Shown here: piece after piece, positions 49,001 to 57,700 of the stretch
Numbering within the stretch: the first letter of the stretch is position 1
Layout of the letters: each line of letters opens with the position of its first letter
NCBI GenBank assembly: GCA_964507795.1
Contig: CAZDQV010000001.1
Location: 578-64,577 of the forward strand
Source of the DNA: an uncultured Oscillospiraceae bacterium
Lineage (GTDB): Bacteria > Bacillota > Clostridia > Peptostreptococcales > Anaerovoracaceae
DNA: 64,000 nt
Direction of reading: 5' to 3'
Made by a program: the position numbers and the translations under genes
Notes under the pieces: generated by a model
The model's input: the letters and a program-made list of their open reading frames with translations, nothing else
Told to the model about the DNA's origin: nothing
Databases searched by the model: none

Positions 49001-49258
49001 ACAGTGTACAAACTTAATGTTACAGCAGATGAAACTGCTGCAATCAATATTGAAAACAGCAGAGTGCCGGAGATTGAAACACCGGACGAGCCGGAAAAAG
49101 ATAAACCGAAAAAAGTCAAAGAAGTTAAAGATAAAGTACCTGAGACAGGAGATGAGACGGGCATAATGACATACATTGCAATCATATGTGCAATACTCTT
49201 TGCAGGTCTGATGATGCTGGTAAGACGATTTGTTGCGGATGCAATTAAAAAACGTTAG
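43034..49258 (+). CDS. giant sortase-anchored surface adhesin with Cna-B/SpaA-like repeats and possible N-terminal thioester domain
   Basis: Signal peptide MSLRKSLSLLLICILLAAMLPVQVFA. Repeated prealbumin-like modules (KIKIVKTDEETGK, GVIRIDKEGE, NIEIIKTDADGGNLLEGAKFRIW ... GTYYICEVEAPDGYV). C-terminal sorting signal VPETG plus a TM segment plus RRFVADAIKKR. ATG 43034 follows AAAGGAGAG. Confidence 0.85.
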   Translation: MSLRKSLSLLLICILLAAMLPVQVFADLSSSRSAKFKEGGVLYDAYGRTYQYDKQYYIQVYQYNSDGSRRKIILDNENTSPKRSFLIKQGGTSYRGYCVEHGVYTNETLNMKAMSQEGNISFYKGLSKSQRKNIQLALLYGWQSGKSITDVKDTLFTKSKWYQKTCNKYNKDDWYIATQMLIWEIQQGYRDSDMNYNSKTVSGSKVHKELCYLSGNPVSIYHYSNFLKGQGAYDIYKFMADAIKAHGNIASGLKSTDKSNPKKIKLVREKDDAGQPTSVWSAVIRDNGKYPVTKDALENKYRAVNIVKGKNKDDLKIEPVKSDTGALQYKISWTGASSTDSPPEDTVFTIERVFDAGSDTIKNNLLFWYWNSGSGGWPNHCQTIVTGSCNPQYFYISLTANVPDTPDTPGEETELGEPEYFPEFEFPVSKQDKNPGWDGDVHTGMGDASLGATYTLYRNGEAVDSVTLNDNGEQEVLRDKPWETSEGFDRTASGSYIHNTQDGVHCTVTPIHTEWNGKITYTIREEVPDGRFLNPDSGVREYTVTYMASSSNSQSCTGEPACWSEIQYDVKCISGNTAINISGDIAAAESENPVTFNEEVYINDCYRGKITLSKSLEDENVFDDVSLGGGKRKSTNSGWKLYLKSGFEQNKYIRFKKEADLADGTAVYRALRDNTGIDNQSNEMKIGSNGCLMILDVPYGEYYMEEAVTDDASFVAEKFTVVIGEHSGEYSEDDRYDNRYDYDIRDKKIENKIKIVKTDEETGKTVSLAGGTKFRIRYMGNVLESDVTTSANYGKLLPNAASINDKTGNNDEFECNENGEIIIPYMLKFGTYRIEEFTVPEGYYIGEEDDAVRYYTFNVSKQNTHEDGNFGQMVDYNGIISEADPLYNSESWPYKTYYQAVSIANKQAKGVIRIDKEGEMFTGWKKLVSSGREMMQPVYEGAKKLAGAVFGIFAADDVLLADGNDGAEIYDADTNEKISIPVTLSTHDSNDTETVQSLLGKIYEADVYETGSLDHSSGAKLWYMLERQASEGNVKRSIYVTPEQKDTEYSYIYEKEDEDFTYRYDVNVKMQYQAGGSNITEFEIIKSTITKKGGVAEINSTEPVQYLAETLIPNDSWGDPEGNVLDFSYRKFIYEADGAQGSDWNGNTVDFSEGAAARAVNEEGNFVITAQTGENPEDISYSVLLTDGSSVSCDVNGNFQTALIEIYDVSYTTKGADEETYDFAWDGFELLTAAGEDSATTEITAQGGSPQISCGIGYNANTDGLKTVFTATEPKAPVYFMNRDGVKTQMYYFGGKLKADITIPADAVKTGWETTVPEIKVRNTDGEGGTSENVLDWFAELDSDNQKEVFTPYSGITVTARYNGGSKNPVYYTVEIISDKDEQSPVEITYSDGYTAKLYCSNASSGNGVGVMELANVYRTNRYPLSRLVEVITTDENGYAQSGELPLGKYVVRELNAASGYVTDDTAYEVELKYKDQNTRLVWADIKAQNKAYSVEIDLQKAFETAYGSGKYERDGNALFGIYTAEEISASAQSADKETVSSVGKDTLVDTITAGKSGKGVLKTKLPEGRYYIKEIKTKQGYKLDDTPFYFAVGDKQAKTNSALEFDYEEPGISGKAVMSCAGRTVVTIDVKKRFPMLDITVDDASYSLDKSSESDNINITADKDKTTVKLLICDGEEKTVKLPGIQKVLKIRTEGNTYSYDLDGTSGTYTPDTVCTGYLASFEKIFEAEDNAAEPVMLPVTETVQFTAAGENPSKLDIVLTHTPKTYEEETSEGNITKALTDDNGKQVYEHKAEIDVNCGDGPVLLNAGEKTEFSDCKGTFFKIGLDADGKLKVSAYGYPDESISGEKEPQALAGSEPLPVKFTKSVTHARTDRSADAVQIKINSNDNINAGDIYNEKEKTENPGIPTYVKGVTDTPEKKGNIEIIKTDADGGNLLEGAKFRIWSDDESFGERYEITDEEGKILISDLEEGTYYICEVEAPDGYVPEDTVYKLNVTADETAAINIENSRVPEIETPDEPEKDKPKKVKEVKDKVPETGDETGIMTYIAIICAILFAGLMMLVRRFVADAIKKR

Positions 49259-49295
49259 AAGGCCTGCAGGGCGTTAGCTTGAAATTTGTTCAAGC

Positions 49296-49348
49296 CACCT
49301 GGCTGGGGTTAATGCCTCAGCTCAGGTGTATTTGATTTTTGTTTTTTT
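49296..49348 (+). terminator. adhesin gene terminator
   Basis: CACCTGGCTG ... CAGCTCAGGTG (one bulge) followed by TATTTGATTTTTGTTTTTTT. Confidence 0.6.
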
Positions 49349-49372
49349 CTAAAAACCAGCCACAAAACTCTT

Positions 49373-49427
49373 CCCAAAGTAAATTCCACTGTGGAATTTA
49401 CTTTGGGAATTAACTACAGTGGAAACC
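49373..49427. repeat. nested palindromic element, copy B (perfect 17-bp arms)
   Basis: CCCAAAGTAAATTCCAC-t-GTGGAATTTACTTTGGG, then GGAATTAAC and a partial extra unit TACAGTGGAAACC. Confidence 0.9.
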
Positions 49428-49442
49428 AGTATAAAAAAATGT

Positions 49443-49471
49443 TTGATTTTCCCTCGGAGATAATATATAAT
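49443..49471 (+). promoter_or_regulatory. promoter of rpsF-ssb-rpsR (TTGATT-17-TATAAT)
   Basis: TTGATT at 49443-48 and TATAAT at 49466-71. Leaves a leader of about 117 nt. Confidence 0.55.
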
Positions 49472-49594
49472 ATGCTTGTTGTCTCGTGTTTGGGACAGCT
49501 ATTTTGACAAACCTTGTGTCGGGAGTGTATGTTTACACTATGCACATCGCATATCCAGACCTGGCACCGCTTAGTCCAGAAGGAGGTGAAACAA

Positions 49595-49882
49595 ATGACA
49601 AATTATGAGCTCATGTTCATTATTGACCCTGCATTGGAAGACGAGAAAAAGGACGCTACAGTTGAAACCGTAAAAGGAATCATCGAAGCTGACGGCACTG
49701 TCGGAGAAGTAGATGTATGGGGACTTAAAAAACTCGCATATCCTATCCAGAAGAAAAACGAAGGATACTATGTAGTAGTTACATTCCAGGCCAGTCCGGA
49801 ATTACCAAAAGAACTTGACAGAAGACTTAGAATTTCTGAAGCAGTAATGAGACATCTTATAATCAACAAAGATGAACAGTAA
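49595..49882 (+). CDS. rpsF: 30S ribosomal protein S6
   Basis: MTNYELMFIIDP ... start preceded by AGGAGG (49581-86). The ORF-track start at 49514 lies in the leader. Confidence 0.93.
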   Translation: MTNYELMFIIDPALEDEKKDATVETVKGIIEADGTVGEVDVWGLKKLAYPIQKKNEGYYVVVTFQASPELPKELDRRLRISEAVMRHLIINKDEQ

Positions 49883-49896
49883 GGAAGGAGCCCGGC

Positions 49897-50301
49897 ATGA
49901 ACAGTGTAGTATTAATCGGCAGACTTACAAGAGATCCTGAAGTAAGATATACCCAGGATCAGATGGCGATTGCCAGATTTGCTGTTGCAATAGACAGACC
50001 CGTAAGCGCCGGCAAAGAAAAACAGACGGACTTTCCCAATGTAGTTGTATTTGGCAGACAGGCCGAAAACTGTGAGAGATTTCTTTCCAAGGGCAGACTT
50101 GTAGGTATCCAGGGAAGAATCCAGACAGGCAGCTATACTAACAAAGACGGCAACAAGGTTTATACGACCGAGGTTGTTGCCAGCAGAGTTGAATTCCTTG
50201 AATGGGGAGACAGACCATCAGGCGGAACCGTACAGCCAAGACAGGATGATGATATCCCTGCAGGCTTCGAGGCACTTGAAGATGAAGATATCCCGTTCTA
50301 G
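49897..50301 (+). CDS. ssb: single-stranded DNA-binding protein
   Basis: OB-fold N-terminus MNSVVLIGRLTRDPEVRYT and an acidic tail ending DEDIPF. Confidence 0.93.
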   Translation: MNSVVLIGRLTRDPEVRYTQDQMAIARFAVAIDRPVSAGKEKQTDFPNVVVFGRQAENCERFLSKGRLVGIQGRIQTGSYTNKDGNKVYTTEVVASRVEFLEWGDRPSGGTVQPRQDDDIPAGFEALEDEDIPF

Positions 50302-50327
50302 GCTTTCAGGAAAGGAGATAATCTACT

Positions 50328-50561
50328 ATGATGGATAGAAAACGCGGTGGCATGAGAAGAAAAAAAGTATGCCAGTTCTGTGCAGATAAAACCGAAACTA
50401 TCGACTACAAAGATGTTGAAAAGTTAAGGAAATACGTTACAGAGAGAGGTAAGATTTTACCTAAGAGAATAACTGGTACTTGTGCTATGCACCAGAGAGA
50501 AGTAACAAAGGCTATCAAGAGAGCCAGAATCGTTGCTTTATTACCATATACTGCTGAATAA
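50328..50561 (+). CDS. rpsR: 30S ribosomal protein S18
   Basis: KVCQFCADK ... IDYKDV ... [25 protein letters not shown]. Confidence 0.93.
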   Translation: MMDRKRGGMRRKKVCQFCADKTETIDYKDVEKLRKYVTERGKILPKRITGTCAMHQREVTKAIKRARIVALLPYTAE

Positions 50562-50584
50562 TACGCAGCATATAACAGCAAATA

Positions 50585-50623
50585 ACCGGAATGAGTATTT
50601 TACTTGTTCCGGTATTTTATTTT
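50585..50623 (+). terminator. rpsF-operon terminator
   Basis: ACCGGAA-15 nt-TTCCGGT followed by ATTTTATTTT. Confidence 0.7.
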
Positions 50624-50675
50624 ACGGACAAAAATGATAAACTGTATATATAAATATTGCAGAGGAGTGAGGTCA

Positions 50676-51476
50676 TTGAGGACAGGATTTATAGGTGCAG
50701 GCAATATGGGTGGTGCCATATTGAGAAGTTTTGCATCATCAGAGCACATAGACAGTGGCAACCTGTATGTTTATAGCAGAACGAAATCAAAAACACAAAA
50801 GCTCGCAGAGGAGCTTGGCGTTAGAACATGTGACAGTGCAGTAGAGCTTGCACGCATTTGTGATATCATTATCATCGGCGTCAAACCGGATACAGTAGCA
50901 GATGTAATCAAACAGATAAAGCCTGTATATACGCCGGACAAAATAGTGATTTCAATGGCTGCGGGTATCAGCATCAGTGCCGTTGAAGACATGCTGGGCA
51001 AACAGGCAAAAATAATCAGAATTATGCCTAATACACCTGTTGCAGTAGACGAAGGCATGACAGCCATATTTGTAAATGACAATATTTCAAAAGAAGACAA
51101 GCAGATTGTATATGATATGTTCAGCCAGAGCGGCAGGGCAGAATTTGCAGATGAATCCCTGATCCATTGCATTATAGGGGTGTCAGGCTCAAGCCCAGCG
51201 TATACATATATGTATATAGATGCACTTGCCAGGGCAGCACAGGCAGAAGGCATGGAAATAAACAGGGCGATAGAATTTGCAGCCCAGTCTGTTTTGGGAG
51301 CTGCAAAAATGGTGCTTAAGACAGGCAAAAGCCCGAAGGAGCTGCGAGATAATGTATGCTCACCCGGAGGCACTACAATAGAGGCAGTAAAAAAACTTCA
51401 GCAAAACGGATTTATAGAGAAACTTACAGAAGGGTTTGATGCCTGTGTCAGGAAATCGGAGGATATGAGCAGATGA
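50676..51476 (+). CDS. proC: pyrroline-5-carboxylate reductase
   Basis: Rossmann motif GFIGAGNMGGAI and the C-terminal block VCSPGGTTIEAV. TTG 50676 lies 8 nt after AGAGGAG. The ORF-track ATG 50604 lies inside the upstream terminator. Confidence 0.88.
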   Translation: MRTGFIGAGNMGGAILRSFASSEHIDSGNLYVYSRTKSKTQKLAEELGVRTCDSAVELARICDIIIIGVKPDTVADVIKQIKPVYTPDKIVISMAAGISISAVEDMLGKQAKIIRIMPNTPVAVDEGMTAIFVNDNISKEDKQIVYDMFSQSGRAEFADESLIHCIIGVSGSSPAYTYMYIDALARAAQAEGMEINRAIEFAAQSVLGAAKMVLKTGKSPKELRDNVCSPGGTTIEAVKKLQQNGFIEKLTEGFDACVRKSEDMSR

Positions 51477-52033
51477 TAGTCGAAGAAAAAACAATATCAA
51501 GCGAAATGATATATGAGGGTGCCATATTAAACCTCAGAAAAGATAAGGTTACAGTTAAAGACGGCAAAACCGCATATAGAGAAATAATAGAGCACAACGG
51601 TGCAGTAGCACTTGTTCCCGTCACAGAGGATGGCAATGTGGTGATGGTAAGACAGTATCGCAAAGCCTGCGAAAAAGCACTTCTTGAAATTCCTGCAGGC
51701 AAAATAGACAGAGGAGAAGAGCCGTCTGTATGTGCCGCAAGAGAGCTCAGAGAAGAAACAGGTTACAGTGCGGCCAATATTGAGCTTATGAGCGAATTTT
51801 ATGTTGCCTGCGGATACAGCGGAGAGAGAATATCCATATATCTTTGTACCGGACTTACTGCAGGCGACACCGACTTTGATGAAGATGAGGCACTTGACAT
51901 AATCGAAATGCCTTTTGATGAGCTTTATAATATGTGTATGAATAATGAGCTTGAAGATTCCAAGACGATAGTAGGAATACTTATGGCAAAAGAAAAGCTG
52001 TTCCAGAATGAGGCGGCACAAGAGACGCTGTAG
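51473..52033 (+). CDS. Nudix hydrolase (ADP-ribose pyrophosphatase-like)
   Basis: Nudix box GKIDRGEEPSVCAARELREETGY. Its start overlaps the proC stop. Confidence 0.85.
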   Translation: MIVEEKTISSEMIYEGAILNLRKDKVTVKDGKTAYREIIEHNGAVALVPVTEDGNVVMVRQYRKACEKALLEIPAGKIDRGEEPSVCAARELREETGYSAANIELMSEFYVACGYSGERISIYLCTGLTAGDTDFDEDEALDIIEMPFDELYNMCMNNELEDSKTIVGILMAKEKLFQNEAAQETL

Positions 52034-52042
52034 AGGAATGAT

Positions 52043-52924
52043 ATGTATATAGATGAATTCACAGATTATCTCAAAAATACAAAAAAAGCTTCTGCAAATA
52101 CCATAGAGGCATACAGAAGAGACATTGACAGCTTCAAGCGATATATGGAGGGAAACAGTGCAAACAATCTTGCAGCCGCGGTAAGCACGGATATAACAGG
52201 ATATATGCTAAAGCTCAGAAGCGAAGGTAAATCAGCATCTACTATAAACAGGAAACTTGCATCATTGCGTGCTTTTTATTCATTCCTTTCCGGCAAAGGT
52301 TATATCAGATGTAACCCGGCAGCAGAGCTTACAGTTCCAAGAAGCAAAACCAGGGAGCTTGAATATCTCAGCATAGATGAAATCGAGCAGCTGCTTGCAC
52401 TTCCTGATGAAACCGCATCAGGCATCAGAGACCGGGCAATACTTGAAATAATGTATGCTACAGGAATGAGAGTAAATGAACTGATACAGGCAGAGGTGGC
52501 AGATGTCAATACAGTGCTTGGGTTTGTTTCTTTTGATGGCTCTCATGGCAAAGCACGCATTGTGCCTATGGGAAGAGCAGCAAGAGCCGCTGTTGAAACA
52601 TATATCAAAGAAGCAAGGCACCAGCTTTTAAAAGGCAGAGAAGATTGCGGGATACTGTTTCTGAATCATTACGGGCAGCCTCTGACAAGACAGGGACTTT
52701 GGAAGATAATAAGTGGATATGGAGAGAAAGCAGGATTTGAAACAAAGCTGACACCGCACATGCTGCGAAACTCATTTGCAGTTCACATGATTGAAAACGG
52801 AGCTGATATCAAATCTCTTCAGGAACTTATGGGGCATGAAGATATCACTGCAATGCAGATATATATGAACATCAAAAAAAGCAGAATCAAAGAAGTGTAC
52901 GACAGCACTCATCCAAGAGCCTGA
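52043..52924 (+). CDS. xerD: site-specific tyrosine recombinase XerD/XerC type
   Basis: SAM-like N-domain (TIEAYRRDI ... SASTINRKLASLRAFY). Catalytic residues lie in ATGMRVNEL, HMLRNSFAVH and LGHEDITAMQIY. 293 aa. Confidence 0.85.
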   Translation: MYIDEFTDYLKNTKKASANTIEAYRRDIDSFKRYMEGNSANNLAAAVSTDITGYMLKLRSEGKSASTINRKLASLRAFYSFLSGKGYIRCNPAAELTVPRSKTRELEYLSIDEIEQLLALPDETASGIRDRAILEIMYATGMRVNELIQAEVADVNTVLGFVSFDGSHGKARIVPMGRAARAAVETYIKEARHQLLKGREDCGILFLNHYGQPLTRQGLWKIISGYGEKAGFETKLTPHMLRNSFAVHMIENGADIKSLQELMGHEDITAMQIYMNIKKSRIKEVYDSTHPRA

Positions 52925-52948
52925 CTTTACATAAAAACACAGTGCTTG

Positions 52949-52977
52949 TTGACAAGGACTGTTGTATGTGGTACAAA
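52949..52977 (+). promoter_or_regulatory. promoter (TTGACA-17-TACAAA with TGTG -16 element)
   Basis: TTGACA at 52949-54, spacer ending in TATGTGG, then TACAAA at 52972-77. Confidence 0.5.
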
Positions 52978-52993
52978 TTAGGCAACAGACAAA

Positions 52994-54748
52994 ATGCGTT
53001 TTGTTAGAATGCGGATAGGACAGATGATGAACAAACGTAAAAGAATATTGATAATTGATGACGACAAAATCAATAGAATTGTAATTGCAGGTTCACTTGA
53101 ATCAAACTATGATATAGTTGAGATGGCAGGCATAGAGCAGGCGGCGGCACTTGATCCCGGACAAAAGAAGCGTATAGACCTTATAATCATAGACATGTTC
53201 CTCAAAAAAGACGGCTTCTGGGAATTTATGAAGTGGCTCAAAAAAGATAAAGACTGCGCTCACATACCTGTGATAGTTATACTTGCGCCTGATACAGACA
53301 ATATGTTTATTGAACGTGCAGGTATGCTTGGAGCTACTGAGTTCATAACCAGACCTTTTTCTGAGTATGCCATAAACATGCGTGTCCAAAAAATCATAAA
53401 CACAAACAACACTTCAGACATTTCAGGCACCGGCGATTGCAAAGCGGGAGGCAGAATGTCTGCATACCTTGAATTCGAAAGACTCAAATCAGATTTTTTC
53501 CTTTCGCAGGCAAAAGAAACCTGGTTTGAATACAGTTTCGATACTTCCGTACTTGAACTCTCAAGAGAGACGGCGGAGGCATTGGAAATCCCGTATGTCA
53601 TAGAGAAACCGTTTGAAAACCCGACAATCAAATCGTTTTTTGCCGATGATCAGCATCTGAAGATAATAGAGGAACTCGAAAGTCTCTCGGCAGAGAATAC
53701 TTTTTATGAAGAAGAGCTGCAACTTGATACTGCAACAGGCAAACAATGGTTCAAACTGTCCATGTGTATAATGTGGTCGGCAGACAAAAACAGACCGCTG
53801 TCAGCATTCGGAAAGCTTGATGATATTAACGGTGGATACAGCAAACTGCAGGGATTTTACAGCAGCTATGCGAAGACAAAGAACTTCAGGAGTCAGAATC
53901 CTGAAGTTACAACAGCACAGATGTCGGCAATGATAGAATATTTCAAGGGAATGTTTGAGATTGTACGGCTTGTTGATCCAAAAGTATGTATGCAATTTGA
54001 AGTAAACAACGGCAGGATATCCATAGGCAAACCGCAAAGATGCTATACAACATGGAACAAAACCAGCCGGTGTGAAAATTGTATATCAAGGGCAGCAGAG
54101 CATACAGGCAAAGCCGTGACCAGGCTCGAATTTACAGAAAACAGAGTATACAATATCTCGGCGGCATATATAACCGTTGACGGTAAAGCATATGTTTTAG
54201 AGCTTGCTTCCCCTGTCAACTATGAGGAAATGATGGCTCCGGACGACAAAAACAAGCTGCTCAATGCAATTGCGGTGCACAACAGGCAGCTTTACATAGA
54301 TCCGGTAACACAGGTATATAACCGCAGATATTATGATGACAAACTTCGCGAAAAAAACGGCGACTTCACCTTGGCAATGCTTGACGTGGACAATTTCAAA
54401 CTTGTAAATGACAGATTCGGTCATATCGCAGGAGACGAGGCACTTGCTGCCATAGCGGGAGCAATCAGAAAAACCGTCAGATCAGGAGATGATGTGGTTC
54501 GCTTTGGTGGAGATGAATTCCTTATTCGGTTTGACGATATGCCCGAGGACATGCTCTTGGCAAAACTTGAACAGATATTACATGCTGTTGAGAATATCAG
54601 ACTTGAAAATTATCCTGATATGAGGCTTACAGTCAGCATAGGAGGAACTTATGCCCAGGGTATACTTTCGCAGATTCTGCGAAAAGCAGATATGGCCATG
54701 TACAAAGCCAAGGACAAACGTAACAGTGTATGCACATACAGCGATTAA
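52994..54748 (+). CDS. response-regulator receiver + sensor region + GGDEF diguanylate cyclase
   Basis: REC motifs (ILIIDDDKINR, LIIIDMFLKKDG, ITRPF), a long middle region, then GGDEF with an intact RFGGDEFLI. The true start may be ATG 53024/53027. Confidence 0.85.
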   Translation: MRFVRMRIGQMMNKRKRILIIDDDKINRIVIAGSLESNYDIVEMAGIEQAAALDPGQKKRIDLIIIDMFLKKDGFWEFMKWLKKDKDCAHIPVIVILAPDTDNMFIERAGMLGATEFITRPFSEYAINMRVQKIINTNNTSDISGTGDCKAGGRMSAYLEFERLKSDFFLSQAKETWFEYSFDTSVLELSRETAEALEIPYVIEKPFENPTIKSFFADDQHLKIIEELESLSAENTFYEEELQLDTATGKQWFKLSMCIMWSADKNRPLSAFGKLDDINGGYSKLQGFYSSYAKTKNFRSQNPEVTTAQMSAMIEYFKGMFEIVRLVDPKVCMQFEVNNGRISIGKPQRCYTTWNKTSRCENCISRAAEHTGKAVTRLEFTENRVYNISAAYITVDGKAYVLELASPVNYEEMMAPDDKNKLLNAIAVHNRQLYIDPVTQVYNRRYYDDKLREKNGDFTLAMLDVDNFKLVNDRFGHIAGDEALAAIAGAIRKTVRSGDDVVRFGGDEFLIRFDDMPEDMLLAKLEQILHAVENIRLENYPDMRLTVSIGGTYAQGILSQILRKADMAMYKAKDKRNSVCTYSD

Positions 54749-54775
54749 AATTCACACAAATACTGGAGAGGAGAT

Positions 54776-57700
54776 ATGGAAAAGAAACATATTAGGGACA
54801 ATTTCATATTAAAAGACATCATAATGATGCTCCTTGTGCTGATTGCGAGTCTGGTAATCATTTTTGCGGCTTATCAGGACAGACTCGGAGTTGTATCTCA
54901 ACAGGGAGTAGAGGAAATGCTCCGGGAATCTGTTGGAGCACAGCGGGTTGCAATGGAAGAGCGGATTGATGCGGGATTTCAGCAACTGACAGTTGTAGGC
55001 AGTGAACTCAAAAAAAATCTGGAAGAACTCTCTGACGCCGAGCTTTCCGAAAGGCTGAACGAAATTACAATCGACAGTCTCTTTGATGAACTTGCATTCT
55101 GCCAAAGCGATGGCCGACTTGTATATAACGATGGTATTGTTGCAGACTGTTCAGAGCGTGATTATTTCCAAAAAGCCATCAGCGGTGAAAAAAACATCGA
55201 ACTTCTTTCAGAAGAGAACCGAAGCAACAGACATATCTTTGTTTTTGCGCAGCCTGTTTACAAAAACAAAAAAATCATAGGCGTTGTTGTTGCGACCAGA
55301 AGCCTTGAAAGCATCACAGCAGATTTGGAAAGACAGGAATTCAGTAAAGGACAGTATGAATTTCTCTGCTATGAAGACGGAGAAATTATTACACATGTAT
55401 ATGGTGATATGCCAGATATAGACTCGGATGCTGACCTGATAGGAAAAAACATAGACAGTTTTTTCAGAAATGGTGAAGAAGCTTTGGGCAAAAGCAGCTT
55501 CTATACATATGAAGGGGAAGAATATTACGGAATATATACTTCGTCAGGAATCGATGGCGTATATATTTTCAGTGCTCTTCCGGAAGGCAATATAAGCAAG
55601 CTTGCCGGAGTTACCCGGAAATGGAGCATTGTTATAGTTGCCATAGCATTCGTACTGACTGTTATCGTGTCATCCATAATGATATGGCACCTCAAAAAGA
55701 AAATCATAATTGCACAAAAAAAAGAATCAGACCGTAAAGATAAGCTCGAAAAATATTACAGCTTTCAAAACAAGCGGTTTATGGGTCGTCACAGCAGCCT
55801 GCTGCGTACTTTTTACTTTAACCTTACGCGTAATATATGCAGCCAGGAAAGTAAAGGCATACTGGATACAGGTTCAGAATTTGAAAATGGCATGAGCATC
55901 AGCAAGGTATGTGAAATCATATGCAGCCGGATTCATCCGAACGAAAAAGAAAAATTCCTTAAAATCATGTCAAGAGACAGCCTGACTGATGCACTCAAGG
56001 CTGGAATATCTACAGTCAAAGACAATTTTCTCTTTGACTACAGGGGATTTGGATATATATGGATTAACGTCTCGGCTGACCTTGTAATTAACCCTATGAC
56101 AGATGAACTGGAAGCGGTTTTGTCTGCCTCTGTCATAAACAGCGAAAAAAGAATAGAACAGATAGGCAAAAAACTCATAACTGAGAAATTTGACACTGTA
56201 GCACTGATAGATGCGGCAACAGGTTATCTGCACACTGTCAAAGATCTTGAAAAATTCGGGACGGAGTCTGCCGAAGAAATGAAACTATCCCGGGTTGTAT
56301 ATGAAAAAAGTATTTGCGAGAAACTGCAAAATATGCTTTCCGAAAGCTTTTTTAATCAGATCAAAGAAAAAGTAAGGCTTGAAACAGTTTTAAATGAACT
56401 TGAAAATAACAAAGATTACAGCGTAGCGATTCATGTCCTCAATGAAAAACAAAAAGAAGTACAACATTATCAGATCAGATATTCATACCTTGATGAATAC
56501 AGAGAAAGCATCATGATTTTCACTGAAGACATTACAGACATACTTGAAAGCAGATTTGATATTGAGACAGGGTTGTACAATACAATAGGATTTTACGAGA
56601 CTGTTGAAAACTGGATAAAAACCAACCCAGATAGAAAATTCCGTGTAATCAGATATCACATCGATGGATTTATAAATATAAATGCCACATACGGATACGA
56701 AGAAGGCAACCGCCTCATTAGAGATATTGGAGAATATATGCGTACTCACAGCGGCAAAGACAGTATTGCGGGGCATATCAACTCCGACTATTTCATACAA
56801 TTCTGCTTTGAAGAATGTATCAGTCCGGAAGAGTATTATGCACAATTCCTCAAACACTTTGAGGATTATGACCTGCCTTATCCTGTGGCTTTCAAGATAG
56901 GAGTATATGATTTGTGTGAACCTAATTGTGATATTCAGATTATGAGTTACAAGGCTCATCTTGCCATTCAGGCGATTGAAGGTGATTTTTCGAAAAGCAT
57001 AGAATATTACCGCAAAGGAATGATGGAAGCTACTCACGAAGAACACCAGATGCTTACAGAAGTAGGCGATTCAATTAAAAATGAACAGTTTGAAATCTGG
57101 TTCCAGCCGCAGATAGATTACAGCAATGGAGACATTATAGGTGCGGAGGCTCTCGTGAGATGGCGACATCCGAAACTTGGATTCCTGTATCCAGGCGAAT
57201 TTATACCTATTCTTGAACGAAGCAAACAGATATCAGTGCTGGATGAATACATATGGAATAAAGCAGGAGAATATCTGGGCAGATGGAACGACCAGGGCAT
57301 AGGCATTCCTTTGTCGGTAAATGTATCTCGAATGGATATAAATGATCCGAATTTATATGATACTCTGGAGGGTATAGTTAAAAAATATAATATTCCTCCT
57401 TGCATGTTCAGACTTGAAATCACAGAAAGTGCATACATGCAGCAGCCTGAAAACCTTGCAGTTGCAGTAAGAAACCTCAGAAACAAGGGATTTGTCGTTG
57501 AGATGGATGACTTCGGAAGCGGATATTCGTCACTTAATGCTCTAAAGGATTTGGAGATAGACGTGCTCAAGCTCGACATGAAGCTTGTTTCAGAAATAGG
57601 AACAGGCAACCGCAAAAACGAGGACATATTAAAAGCTGTAGTACAAATGGCATTTGCACTGAATATGTCTGTTATTGCAGAAGGAGTTGAAACCAAAGTG

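Noticed and set aside
28479-49427. The two palindromic element copies could be read as inverted terminal repeats of a 21-kb composite mobile element.
   Set aside because: The enclosed genes are core housekeeping genes (ecfA1A2T, trmB, tRNA-Lys, aspartate kinase) with no transposase, integrase or conjugation genes. Each copy is itself palindromic, so orientation is ambiguous. A dispersed REP/operator-type element is the simpler reading.
49478-49594. The ~117-nt rpsF leader as the S6:S18-binding autoregulatory RNA.
   Set aside because: Such a leader is described for Firmicute rpsF operons, so it would not be novel. I could not confidently fold or recognise the conserved structure by eye. It needs a covariance-model scan.
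49514-50675. ORF-track 5' extensions of rpsF (49514) and proC (50604).
   Set aside because: Both extensions run through a promoter/leader or a terminator hairpin. Conserved N-termini with good RBSs start at 49595 (ATG) and 50676 (TTG).
52043-52924. The tyrosine recombinase as a marker of an integrated mobile element or prophage.
   Set aside because: Its size (293 aa), its XerD-type N-terminal and catalytic motifs, and its placement after proC and the Nudix gene all fit the chromosomal dimer-resolution recombinase. No att-like repeats or phage genes flank it.
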